Assembly (NCBI GenBank): GCA_017395505.1
Contig: JAFPUH010000001.1
Location: 4,044 to 68,043 of the forward strand
Length of the DNA: 64,000 bases
Source: Kiritimatiellia bacterium
GTDB lineage: Bacteria > Verrucomicrobiota > Kiritimatiellia > RFP12 > UBA1067
Reading direction: 5' to 3'
The notes under the pieces are model-generated. The model was not told the origin of the DNA. It made no database searches and saw nothing but the letters and a program-made list of their open reading frames with translations. The position numbers and the translations under genes were made by a program. Shown in pieces: positions 38,033 to 46,255 of the stretch. How positions within the stretch are numbered: the stretch's first letter is position 1; every line of letters starts with the position of its first letter.

Positions 38033-38050
38033 TTCTGTGCTACAGAAGAC
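38033..38050 (+). repeat. right inverted repeat (IRR) TTCTGTGCTACAGAAGAC
   Basis: Exact reverse complement of 36936-36953. Part of the perfect palindrome TCTTCTGT-GCT-ACAGAAGA (38031-38049). Confidence 0.95.
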
Positions 38051-38080
38051 GGGGGCTGAGATTTGCGGGAGCGACGATAA

Positions 38081-38524
38081 ATGAGCGCATTCATACATCC
38101 ATTATCTGACGTGCAGTCGCAGAATATTGGTGATGGTACTCGCATTTGGCAGTACTGCGTTGTGCTCCCAGGTGCGAGGATCGGCAGGAACTGTAATATC
38201 TGCTCGCACTGCTTTATTGAGAATGATGTTGTCATTGGCGACAATGTTACAATAAAATGTGGGGTTCAGATCTGGGATGGGATGCGCATAGAAGATAATG
38301 TCTTCATTGGTCCCGATGCGACATTCTGCAATGACCGCCATCCAATTTCTGGCAATGGGGCTAACTATAAGCTCGAGCCTGTAATTATCCGGAAAGGGGC
38401 GATGGTTGGCGCTGGGGTTACAGTATTGCCAGGCGTTGAAATTGGGGAAGGGGCTGTGGTTGGCGCGGGGACTACAGTTGTGAAGAGTATTCCTGCTACG
38501 GCGACATTCTTGGGGGGCAGATGA
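38081..38524 (+). CDS. FdtC/WxcM-like left-handed beta-helix amino-sugar N-acetyltransferase
   Basis: [50 protein letters not shown]...FIGP..TF.ND. Confidence 0.88.
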   Translation: MSAFIHPLSDVQSQNIGDGTRIWQYCVVLPGARIGRNCNICSHCFIENDVVIGDNVTIKCGVQIWDGMRIEDNVFIGPDATFCNDRHPISGNGANYKLEPVIIRKGAMVGAGVTVLPGVEIGEGAVVGAGTTVVKSIPATATFLGGR

Positions 38525-38985
38525 AAACGATACCCATATTCTTTAGTTTTGATGACAACTATGTAAAGCCGGCGGCAGTTGCATTTTGGTCTTTACTGGA
38601 TAAGGCGGATAAAAATGTTTCATACGATATGTATGTATTGCATCATGACATATCTAAGGAGAATCAGGCGTTCCTTTCATCGATTGTGGAAAAGGCCGGC
38701 AATGCAAGGCTGATATTTAAGGATACTGGTGGGTTTTTTTTAAATGAGTGGCGGGAGGGCAACTATGAAGGGCACCAGACTCGAACGCAATTTACGTCTG
38801 ATACCTTGGTGCGATGTTTTGCCGCCACTATGTTCCCCTATCTTGATAAAGTGATATATTCAGATGTTGATGTCGTGTTTGCTGACGACATTTCCGAACT
38901 TTGGAACATAGATGTTTCCGAATCAAGGACAGCGTGTCCGAAAATCTATCAGTCAAAGTGCCGAAAATCTATCTGTCAAGCTTGA
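38521..38985 (+). pseudogene. 3'-truncated GT8 glycosyltransferase
   Basis: IPIFFSFDDNY...KVIYSDVDVVF..DISELW, then the sequence runs into repeats at ~38915. It lacks the NSG, DQD and KPW half. Confidence 0.78.
38938..38979 (+). repeat. direct repeat CCGAAAATCTATC(A/T)GTCAA, two copies
   Basis: 38938-38956 and 38961-38979. Confidence 0.9.
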
Positions 38986-39022
38986 CACCCGACGCCACCC
39001 CCGCCCATACCGAAATTCACGG

Positions 39023-39106
39023 TTGACACGCAGATACTAAGAATGATATAATTCGCGTATCTTCAAATACTAAAACTGGGATAAAAATGGAAGTCGCAGA
39101 TACTAA
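39023..39106 (+). promoter_or_regulatory. sigma70 promoter with three CA(G/A)ATACTAA boxes at 33-bp period
   Basis: TTGACA 39023-39028, TATAAT 39047-39052; boxes at 39031, 39064 and 39097. Confidence 0.78.
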
Positions 39107-40298
39107 ACAGCTCTTGGCGGCGTCTGATCGCCTTATTTCACGCGTTCCCATGGAACGCAAGAGATACCTGTTCCCTCGCGTTGACTGGAATGACCGCCTG
39201 ATTTGCATAAAGGGTCCGAAGGGGACCGGGAAAACGACCCTGATTCAACAACACATACGTGAAACGTTTGGTATCGGCAGCGACAAATGCGTCTATATGT
39301 CGGCCGACCACATTTGGTTCGCTAAACATGACATTTTGGATGCCGTTGATTATTTTAATTCCCATGGTTTCACACACATATTTATAGATGAAATTCATCA
39401 TGCCGATGAATGGTCTCGGCTTGTTAAGACAATTACCGACACATATCCCGACCTGAATGTCGTTTACAGCGGTTCTTCCATACTCAAACTTTCATCGGGA
39501 GAGGCAGATCTCTCAAGACGCCAAGCCTCGTATAATCTGAAGGGGCTTTCTTTCAGGGAATTCCTCTCGTTTGAAGGTGTCATGGATGAGAAGGTTCTTT
39601 CTCTTGAGGACATCATATCCCACCATCGTGCCATTGCAACCGACATCTCTTCACGCACAAAGATTCTTCCGTCGTTCGAGAAGTATCTCAAGATTGGGTA
39701 TTATCCGATCTATAAAGGCGTCTCAAGCCAATTCGAGGAACGGTTAGTAGAGATTGTCAACAGCGTCATAGATGTGGATTTCCCGATAATAGAAGACTTC
39801 ACCCCGGCAACGCTACGGAAAGCCAAGAAGATGCTTATGGTGCTTGCGGAAAGTTGCCCTCAGCATCCGAACATGTCGAACCTTTATCGGGAGCTTGAAA
39901 CGAATCGAAATCTCGGACTGAAAATGCTTGAAGCCCTCGAAAGAGCGGAACTCGTCATGTCAATAGATTCTGGTAATGCAAAACTCAAGCATCTCTCGAA
40001 ACCGGAGAAACTGTTCCTCGGCGATACCAATCTGATGAATGCAATCGCCCCAAGCACGAACTCAGGGGCAATAAGGGAAACCTTCTTCGCCTCTCAACTT
40101 CGTGCCGCATCACACAAGGTCGTTGCGCCGCTTGCCGGTGACTTCTGCGTTGACGACAGATATCTCTTTGAGATTGGCGGCCCAAGCAAGGGTTTCGACC
40201 AAATCAAGGACATCCCGGATTCCTATGTGGCTCAAGATGGGGTGGAGACAGGAATTGGCAACAAAATTCCGCTTTGGCTATTTGGCTTCCTGTATTGA
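39087..40298 (+). CDS. AAA ATPase (AAA_14/DUF4143 type)
   Basis: GPKGTGKTT, IFIDEIH, SGSS...DLSRR, GYYP, KLFLGDTNL, RETFF, DF.VD....FEIGG. Confidence 0.9.
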   Translation: MEVADTKQLLAASDRLISRVPMERKRYLFPRVDWNDRLICIKGPKGTGKTTLIQQHIRETFGIGSDKCVYMSADHIWFAKHDILDAVDYFNSHGFTHIFIDEIHHADEWSRLVKTITDTYPDLNVVYSGSSILKLSSGEADLSRRQASYNLKGLSFREFLSFEGVMDEKVLSLEDIISHHRAIATDISSRTKILPSFEKYLKIGYYPIYKGVSSQFEERLVEIVNSVIDVDFPIIEDFTPATLRKAKKMLMVLAESCPQHPNMSNLYRELETNRNLGLKMLEALERAELVMSIDSGNAKLKHLSKPEKLFLGDTNLMNAIAPSTNSGAIRETFFASQLRAASHKVVAPLAGDFCVDDRYLFEIGGPSKGFDQIKDIPDSYVAQDGVETGIGNKIPLWLFGFLY

Positions 40299-40388
40299 GA
40301 CTCTGCGAGGGTGGGGTGGAGAGTGGCGGAGTAGCCCGCTTGGGGCAGGCGATTCCCACCCGATGGTTTTGCGAAAAGCAACAAATGA

Positions 40389-40485
40389 TAGGTTCACCTA
40401 AAGGCAGAAATCCTGTTTAGGTGAACCAAAAGTGATGCCGAAAATTGGTTCACCTAATTACCAAAATCGCAAATAGGTGAACCTG
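40389..40485. repeat. four TAGGTnnACCTA-like palindromes
   Basis: 40389, 40418, 40445 and 40474, in alternating orientation, directly upstream of TTGACA (40492) and TATAAT (40516). Confidence 0.88.
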
Positions 40486-40549
40486 CGCCTATTGACATAA
40501 CAGAAAGATTAATGGTATAATATGCACGATTTATGGAGGAACTACGGAT

Positions 40550-41986
40550 ATGAATTTCTTTGGCAGGGATGCTGAGATGGCGGATCTAATGTCGCTTTGG
40601 GGGAAACGAAGCGGATCTCTTGTGACATGTCGTGGTCGCCGTCGCATAGGTAAGTCTACATTGATTGAGGCTTTTGCCAACAAGTCAAAAGCTCGGTTTA
40701 TACGGATTGAGGGATTGCGACCCAAGCCAGAGTATTCTAACAAGACGGAGTTGATGACATTTGCGAGGGAGCTTGCCACGCAGACGCAGGCGGAAGACAG
40801 CATACCAGACAATTGGCTTAAGGCGTTCATTCGGTTGGATCGCGAGATAAACGACAAGGAGAGAACGATCGTCTTGCTTGATGAAGTGTCATGGTTAGGG
40901 CATTATGAGGCAACATTTGCTGACATGGTCAAGGTAGCGTGGGATGAATATTGGTCCAAGCATGATCGTCTGGTCGTTGTCGTGTGTGGTAGCGTATCGG
41001 GCTGGATCAAAGAGCATTTTGTTGACAACGGTGCATTTTTCGGACGGCGTTCGCTTGACCTTGTTGTCAAGGAGCTGCCGCTTAGGGAGTGCACTAAGTT
41101 TTGGGGTAGTGCGGCTGGCCGGGTTGAGATTCGGGAAATTATCGATGTGCTGTCTGTGACTGGAGGCGTGCCAAGGTATCTACAAGAAATAGATCCGGGG
41201 ATGTCTGCTTCTGCAAATCTTGCAAGGCTGGCGTTTCGGCCTAGTTCAATCCTGCGTATCGACTTCGACGAGATGTTTTCGGATGTGATTACAAAGCTTC
41301 CGACGCTTTCGGGGAAGATTATTCGAGCGCTTGTGAAATGTCCACTTACCGTTTCTGAAGCCGCGATTGCTGTTGGTGCCGGCAAAGGAGGCAAGATAGG
41401 CGAGGCCCTGGAGCAGCTTGAAGAGGCTGGCCTTGTTGCATCGGATGCCGGCAAGAATCCTGAGACGGGTCGGATTGCACGAGAGGTCAAATATCGCCTG
41501 AAGGATAACTATTCGCGTTTTTACTTGCGGTACATCGAGCCGAGAAAGGAAATAATAGACGCCGGAGCCTATAGGTTCGTATCGTTGGATGCTCTGGATG
41601 GATGGGACTCTATCATGGGGCTTCAGTTCGAGAATCTCGTGCTGAATCATTACGAGGCCTTGATTGAGCCTCTTCACATTGGCAATTCTTTAATCGAGTC
41701 GGCAGCCCCGTATTCGAGGAGGAGAATGGGAAATGGTCCTGATGGACTTCAGATAGATCTTCTTTTGCAGACCAAGTACAGCAATTATATAATTGAGATA
41801 AAGCGCAAGCGCGAGATTGGAATGGATGTTATTGGCGAGGTAGAGAGAAAGATTCGTAAGCTGTCGACTCCTCGCGGCAAGTCGACACGTGCTGCGCTTG
41901 TCTATGATGGAACTCTTGCGCCTGGGATTGAGACGGACGGATATTTTGATGCAATAATACCATTCAGTATGTTGTTGGGCCTATAA
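40550..41986 (+). CDS. AAA ATPase (ATPase_2 type) with HTH and C-terminal PD-(D/E)xK-like domain
   Basis: FFGR..E, GRRRIGKST, LLDE, CGS, TGGVPRYL, QIDLL...IIEIK. Confidence 0.88.
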   Translation: MNFFGRDAEMADLMSLWGKRSGSLVTCRGRRRIGKSTLIEAFANKSKARFIRIEGLRPKPEYSNKTELMTFARELATQTQAEDSIPDNWLKAFIRLDREINDKERTIVLLDEVSWLGHYEATFADMVKVAWDEYWSKHDRLVVVVCGSVSGWIKEHFVDNGAFFGRRSLDLVVKELPLRECTKFWGSAAGRVEIREIIDVLSVTGGVPRYLQEIDPGMSASANLARLAFRPSSILRIDFDEMFSDVITKLPTLSGKIIRALVKCPLTVSEAAIAVGAGKGGKIGEALEQLEEAGLVASDAGKNPETGRIAREVKYRLKDNYSRFYLRYIEPRKEIIDAGAYRFVSLDALDGWDSIMGLQFENLVLNHYEALIEPLHIGNSLIESAAPYSRRRMGNGPDGLQIDLLLQTKYSNYIIEIKRKREIGMDVIGEVERKIRKLSTPRGKSTRAALVYDGTLAPGIETDGYFDAIIPFSMLLGL

Positions 41987-42104
41987 TCCTGTGGACTCTG
42001 CGAAAAACCTATTCAACTTTGCGCTATTCATCTGAATAGAAATATGGTATAATGCTCACATTCTGGAGTTTCACGATATATAGTATTAATGGAGTAAACA
42101 CGCT

Positions 42105-43196
42105 ATGATACCGTTTCTATCGTTGAAAGACCTCAATAACCGCTTCCGCGCCGAAATCGATGCGCGGATAAAGACCATCCTCGACAAAGGGTGGTATTTG
42201 CAGGGCGAGGAGAACGAGCGCTTCTCCAAGAACTTTGCGGCCTACTGCAGGGCGAAGGGTGCGGTCGGCGTTGCAAACGGACTCGATGCCCTCAACCTCA
42301 TAATCCGTGCATACGGTTTCGGTCCTGGCGATGAAATCATCGTTCCGGCCAATACATTCATCGCGACGATTTTGGCCATAAGCGAAAACGGCTGCACGCC
42401 TGTGCTAGTCGAGCCGGATATCGAAACCTATTGCATCGACCCGGAAAAGATTGAGGCGGCGATCACGCCGAAGACGAAGGCCGTGATGGTTGTGCATCTC
42501 TATGGACAGGCCGTGCCGATGGAGAAGATATGGGCATTGCAGGCGAAATACGGATTCAAGATTATTGAGGACGCCGCCCAGGCTCATGGCGCAATCTATC
42601 AAGGGCGCAGGACAGGCAATCTCGGCGATGCCGCAGGGTTTTCGTTCTATCCCGGCAAGAATCTCGGCGCAATGGGTGACGCCGGCGGAGTGACGACGAA
42701 CGATCTCGATATTCTCGAGAAGGTCAAGGCGATCGGCAACTACGGCAGCGACAGGAAGTATCATCACATCTACAAGGGCGTCAATTCGAGGCTCGATGAG
42801 ATTCAGGCTGCGGTCTTGGATGTTAAGCTTGCGCATCTTGACGCCGACAACGCAAGGCGCCGCGAGATATCGAAGCTCTACCGCGAGCGCATTACGAATC
42901 CACGCATAATCCTGCCGAAAGCCTATGACGAGATGGCCCATGTCTGGCACCTGTTCGTGATTCGCTGCGATGATCGGGACGGCCTGGCGGCGTATCTTAA
43001 GGAGCGCGGAATCGAGACGAACATACATTATCCGATGCCGCCTCACAAGCAGGGCGCGTATGCCGAATGGGCCGAGAGGTCTTATCCGATAACGGAGAAG
43101 ATACACCGCGAAGTCTTGAGTTTGCCGATAAGTCCGACAATGACGGATGAAGAGGCTCAGCGTGTTATCGACGCTGTGAATATGTGGAATGCCTAG
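42105..43196 (+). CDS. fdtB: DegT/DnrJ/EryC1/StrS aminotransferase, FdtB/QdtB-like
   Basis: NGLDAL, VPANTFIAT, EDAAQAHG, FSFYPGKNLGAMGD, NSRLDEIQAA. Own TGGTATAAT near 42045. Confidence 0.9.
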   Translation: MIPFLSLKDLNNRFRAEIDARIKTILDKGWYLQGEENERFSKNFAAYCRAKGAVGVANGLDALNLIIRAYGFGPGDEIIVPANTFIATILAISENGCTPVLVEPDIETYCIDPEKIEAAITPKTKAVMVVHLYGQAVPMEKIWALQAKYGFKIIEDAAQAHGAIYQGRRTGNLGDAAGFSFYPGKNLGAMGDAGGVTTNDLDILEKVKAIGNYGSDRKYHHIYKGVNSRLDEIQAAVLDVKLAHLDADNARRREISKLYRERITNPRIILPKAYDEMAHVWHLFVIRCDDRDGLAAYLKERGIETNIHYPMPPHKQGAYAEWAERSYPITEKIHREVLSLPISPTMTDEEAQRVIDAVNMWNA

Positions 43197-43221
43197 CAAT
43201 TGTCTGATTCCTTAACCGCCG

Positions 43222-44052
43222 ATGGTTTTTATTTCCGTAGTTCGCGATTTTGCGATGTATGACAGGCTTGTTCGGAACAATCCGAGCAATGCTGGCGCCG
43301 AACTTGTTGCCTTCGACAACAATGCCGAGAACAAGACCATACCGGTAAGATACAATTCGTTCCTCAACTCCTACGACTACTCCAAGGAAGCGTGGTTCGT
43401 CTTCTGTCATGAGGACTTCCAGTTTCTGGAGCCCGTTGCGCCAAAGCTCGAGTCTCTCGATAAGGGGGCGATTTACGGCGTGTTCGGCGCGAAACTGCGC
43501 GTTCCTGGCGTCGGCCTGCAGATAGACTCCAACAAGGATGGTTCAGACATGAGCTTCCGGGGCGCGCCGGTTTCGAAGCCGACGACTGTCGATACGATAG
43601 ACTGCGCCTGCCTGATCGTCCATTCGTCGCTTGTTGCGAAGCATGGCCTACGGTTCGATGAGAATTTGACGTATGACCTCTATACCGAAGACTTTGGCAT
43701 AGCCGCGAAGGAACAATACGGCATAGATACGAAGGTTCTGCCGATACGCTCGCATCACTACTCTTACGGCAATGTTGTGCCGCGCTTTCACGACCAGCTG
43801 CGCTACCTGAACGAAAAATTCGCGACTGCTTCGCGCGTCTATGTTACGACGACCTGCTACGCCATCGGCAAGGCTACGGAATTGCCTTCGGTCGCGGCTC
43901 TAATAAACTCCAAGCGCCGAATCCCGCATAAGTGGCTTTTCTATAAGAAGATTTCGCACAAGGGACGGCTGACCGTAAAGGTGCTGGGCGTTCCCGTATG
44001 GCGCAGAAGGGCGTATTCAATGGAGGCATGGCACAATGGAAAAGACATATGA
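43222..44052 (+). CDS. GT2-like glycosyltransferase
   Basis: YN, VFCHED, T.D..CLI, FDE....DLY..D. Confidence 0.75.
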   Translation: MVFISVVRDFAMYDRLVRNNPSNAGAELVAFDNNAENKTIPVRYNSFLNSYDYSKEAWFVFCHEDFQFLEPVAPKLESLDKGAIYGVFGAKLRVPGVGLQIDSNKDGSDMSFRGAPVSKPTTVDTIDCACLIVHSSLVAKHGLRFDENLTYDLYTEDFGIAAKEQYGIDTKVLPIRSHHYSYGNVVPRFHDQLRYLNEKFATASRVYVTTTCYAIGKATELPSVAALINSKRRIPHKWLFYKKISHKGRLTVKVLGVPVWRRRAYSMEAWHNGKDI

Positions 44053-44797
44053 TATGATAGTTTCCCTAGGCGGCAACTGCTATGTTGCGGTGCAGCTTCG
44101 CCATCGCGGAATGCGGCCATATTCACTACCTTTGGATTGGACATATATCAAGGGGGCGGAGTATGTCGCAAAGCTGCCGGAATTGATACGCACGAAATTT
44201 GCCGACTTCTGCATATACGAAAACATGAAGGATATCGGCGAGCCTGGGATGGAAGCCGGTAAGCCCACATATAAATTTGAGGATACATTTTCTGGATTCG
44301 GCTTCGTACATCAATTTCATGCGCCGCTTACGGACAAGGAAGGGTTTGCCGTCGACAGGGCAATTATCCAAAAGCGCATCGACCGGATGTATAAGAATGT
44401 AAGCCAGTCAAAAAGGGTGCTTTTCGTTCTTGAGACTTCGTTTACGTTTGATGAGGCAATTATTAGGTCGATATATGAAGCGCTTAGGGATACGTTCGCC
44501 AATACGGAGGTTGATCTGCGCGTGATGCAGTTTGGCGGCAAGAGTCTTGTCGATGCCGATATCGGGCCGCACATCCATTTTACGAGGCACATAAGGCCCT
44601 CCAGCCTCGAAAGCGATGTGTATGGAACAGCGGCTGAGTGGAACTGGCTCGACGAGCTACGCCTGACGAACCGTCCAAAGGCGGCGGAGTTGCGAAAGCG
44701 CAACCTGATCGTCAAATGGAAGTATTCGCTTTGGAAGGCGTTGGGCAGGTCGCTTCAGAAGGACGGCGCAGGTTGCGTAAGTCTTGTATTGCCGTAG
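44036..44797 (+). CDS. DUF1796-like papain-fold protein (paralogue of 29593..30363)
   Basis: YDMIVSLGGNC, SLPLDW, FVHQF, KRIDR. Confidence 0.78.
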   Translation: MEKTYDMIVSLGGNCYVAVQLRHRGMRPYSLPLDWTYIKGAEYVAKLPELIRTKFADFCIYENMKDIGEPGMEAGKPTYKFEDTFSGFGFVHQFHAPLTDKEGFAVDRAIIQKRIDRMYKNVSQSKRVLFVLETSFTFDEAIIRSIYEALRDTFANTEVDLRVMQFGGKSLVDADIGPHIHFTRHIRPSSLESDVYGTAAEWNWLDELRLTNRPKAAELRKRNLIVKWKYSLWKALGRSLQKDGAGCVSLVLP

Positions 44798-45033
44798 CAT
44801 TCTGATTCGAAGCATAGCCGCTTGGCGGCGGATTATGGCACCCTAAGCCTACGCTTGTCATACCCCCCGACATCAGGTACAATACCCCCCCCCCCATGCT
44901 TCCCTCATTTCTGGAGTATATGGACAAAATCTTCACCATGGCGAAGGCGCAATCGGCTTTCATAAAACATGTTACATAAAACATGAAATTTGTAATTGCG
45001 GTGATTGCTCTGAAATATCAAATATGATATGAT

Positions 45034-45129
45034 ATAAAAGTGTATGACTCAGAGATTGCGGGCGTAAAGGGCATTGAGCCTGATGTGTTCAAGGATGCAC
45101 GCAGATATTTCTGCGAGACCTACAACGCC
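45034..45129 (+). pseudogene. rmlC: 5' remnant of dTDP-4-dehydrorhamnose 3,5-epimerase
   Basis: Manual translation IKVYDSEIAGVKGIEPDVFKDARRYFCETYNA matches the RmlC N-terminal pattern (I.GV..IEP.VF.D.RG.F.E.YN). It has no valid start codon and the similarity ends abruptly. Confidence 0.7.
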
Positions 45130-45145
45130 GTAGCGAGCGCAGAAT

Positions 45146-46255
45146 TTATTGTTGGCGCAGATATTCGGCAAAAAGATAATCATAGACCATATATCCATCG
45201 GGAGACTGATAGATAAGGTCCAGATTTTCAAGCACCGGTAGCGCACCTCGAACCGATGAAGGCGCAGTTAGAGAATGCCGCTTGATAAACTCACCTGCTG
45301 TCAATTCGCGCACTTTACCTTCGTGAGCGATTGCGCGAAGAAGCTTCTTGCCAACTTCGCTTTGGGCGGCAAAAAGATCGTGGAATGTAAGGGCCCTGTC
45401 TTCTACAAGGCTTGCAACCGCAGCGTTGACATCATCTTCTGATCCAATTGACCCGCCTTCACCCCATATCCTGTTTAGAACACTCTGCAAATACCAAGTA
45501 ACTCCATCGAATCGGTCATAGAGGGCAAGGAAGGCTTCGGAAGAAAACGCCCTATCAGATTTGCGGAAGAAATGTTCTGCAAATGCGGAATAGGTGTTTC
45601 GCGGGATGACATCAAGAGACATCATGTCTGTCGATTGGTAAAACGGATGGCGCGGAGATGTGAACATTTCGCCCATCATATGGTGCCTCGATCCGGCGAA
45701 GATGAAATTGACGTTATCAAGGAACTGTATTTTACTGCGCAGCAAAGCCTCCGTTCCCTTTTCCGGATAACTCATAATCTGCTGGAACTCATCTATCGCC
45801 ACGACTATATGCTTATCTTTTGACGCTAGATACTCAAAGGCTCCTAGCAAAGTTGACGATGTCGCATCCTTATCGACTGTAATGGAAAACGACACGCCGC
45901 CAGTCCCGTCGGGTGTAACGGTTGGGCGCACGGCCTTGAAGAATCGTCCAATAGAAGATAAAGCCTTGTCAACGGTGTTGTCCAAAGCACCAATTACGGA
46001 TGAGGCAAACGCTTGTGTAAACTCCTGTAGATTGGTAGTGGAATAAATATCCACATAAATTGATGCGTAGTCGTTTGGCAAAGCATTGAAGACATTGCGG
46101 ATCAGCCCGGTCTTTCCATAGCGCCGCGGTGCCATGAGCGTTATATTTCGCTCATTGGCTAGTGCTGAAATGACTTTGTTGGTTTCCTGAATACGGTCGC
46201 AGAAATACTCAGGGCCGCGGTAGCCATTGATAACAAACGGGTTGCTGGGTTTCAT
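45146..46255 (-). CDS. AAA ATPase with C-terminal winged-helix-like region
   Basis: NPF...GY.GPEYFCDR..E, APRRYGKT, AIDEFQQI, FAGS. Confidence 0.88.
   Translation of the reverse strand: MKPSNPFVINGYRGPEYFCDRIQETNKVISALANERNITLMAPRRYGKTGLIRNVFNALPNDYASIYVDIYSTTNLQEFTQAFASSVIGALDNTVDKALSSIGRFFKAVRPTVTPDGTGGVSFSITVDKDATSSTLLGAFEYLASKDKHIVVAIDEFQQIMSYPEKGTEALLRSKIQFLDNVNFIFAGSRHHMMGEMFTSPRHPFYQSTDMMSLDVIPRNTYSAFAEHFFRKSDRAFSSEAFLALYDRFDGVTWYLQSVLNRIWGEGGSIGSEDDVNAAVASLVEDRALTFHDLFAAQSEVGKKLLRAIAHEGKVRELTAGEFIKRHSLTAPSSVRGALPVLENLDLIYQSPDGYMVYDYLFAEYLRQQ

Larger units (their letters stand above)
36936..38050. mobile_element. putative invertible DNA segment carrying a recombinase and an outward promoter
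   Basis: 18-bp perfect inverted repeats with palindromic arms and an asymmetric core flank a tyrosine recombinase gene. Confidence 0.8.

Noticed and set aside
36936-38050. Recombinase as a prophage/ICE integrase or integron integrase
   Set aside because: The flanking sites are inverted rather than direct, and I saw no tRNA target, phage genes or attC array.
44712-44984. 90-aa minus-strand ORF over the poly-C tracts
   Set aside because: No recognisable motif, and it overlaps the DUF1796 gene end.
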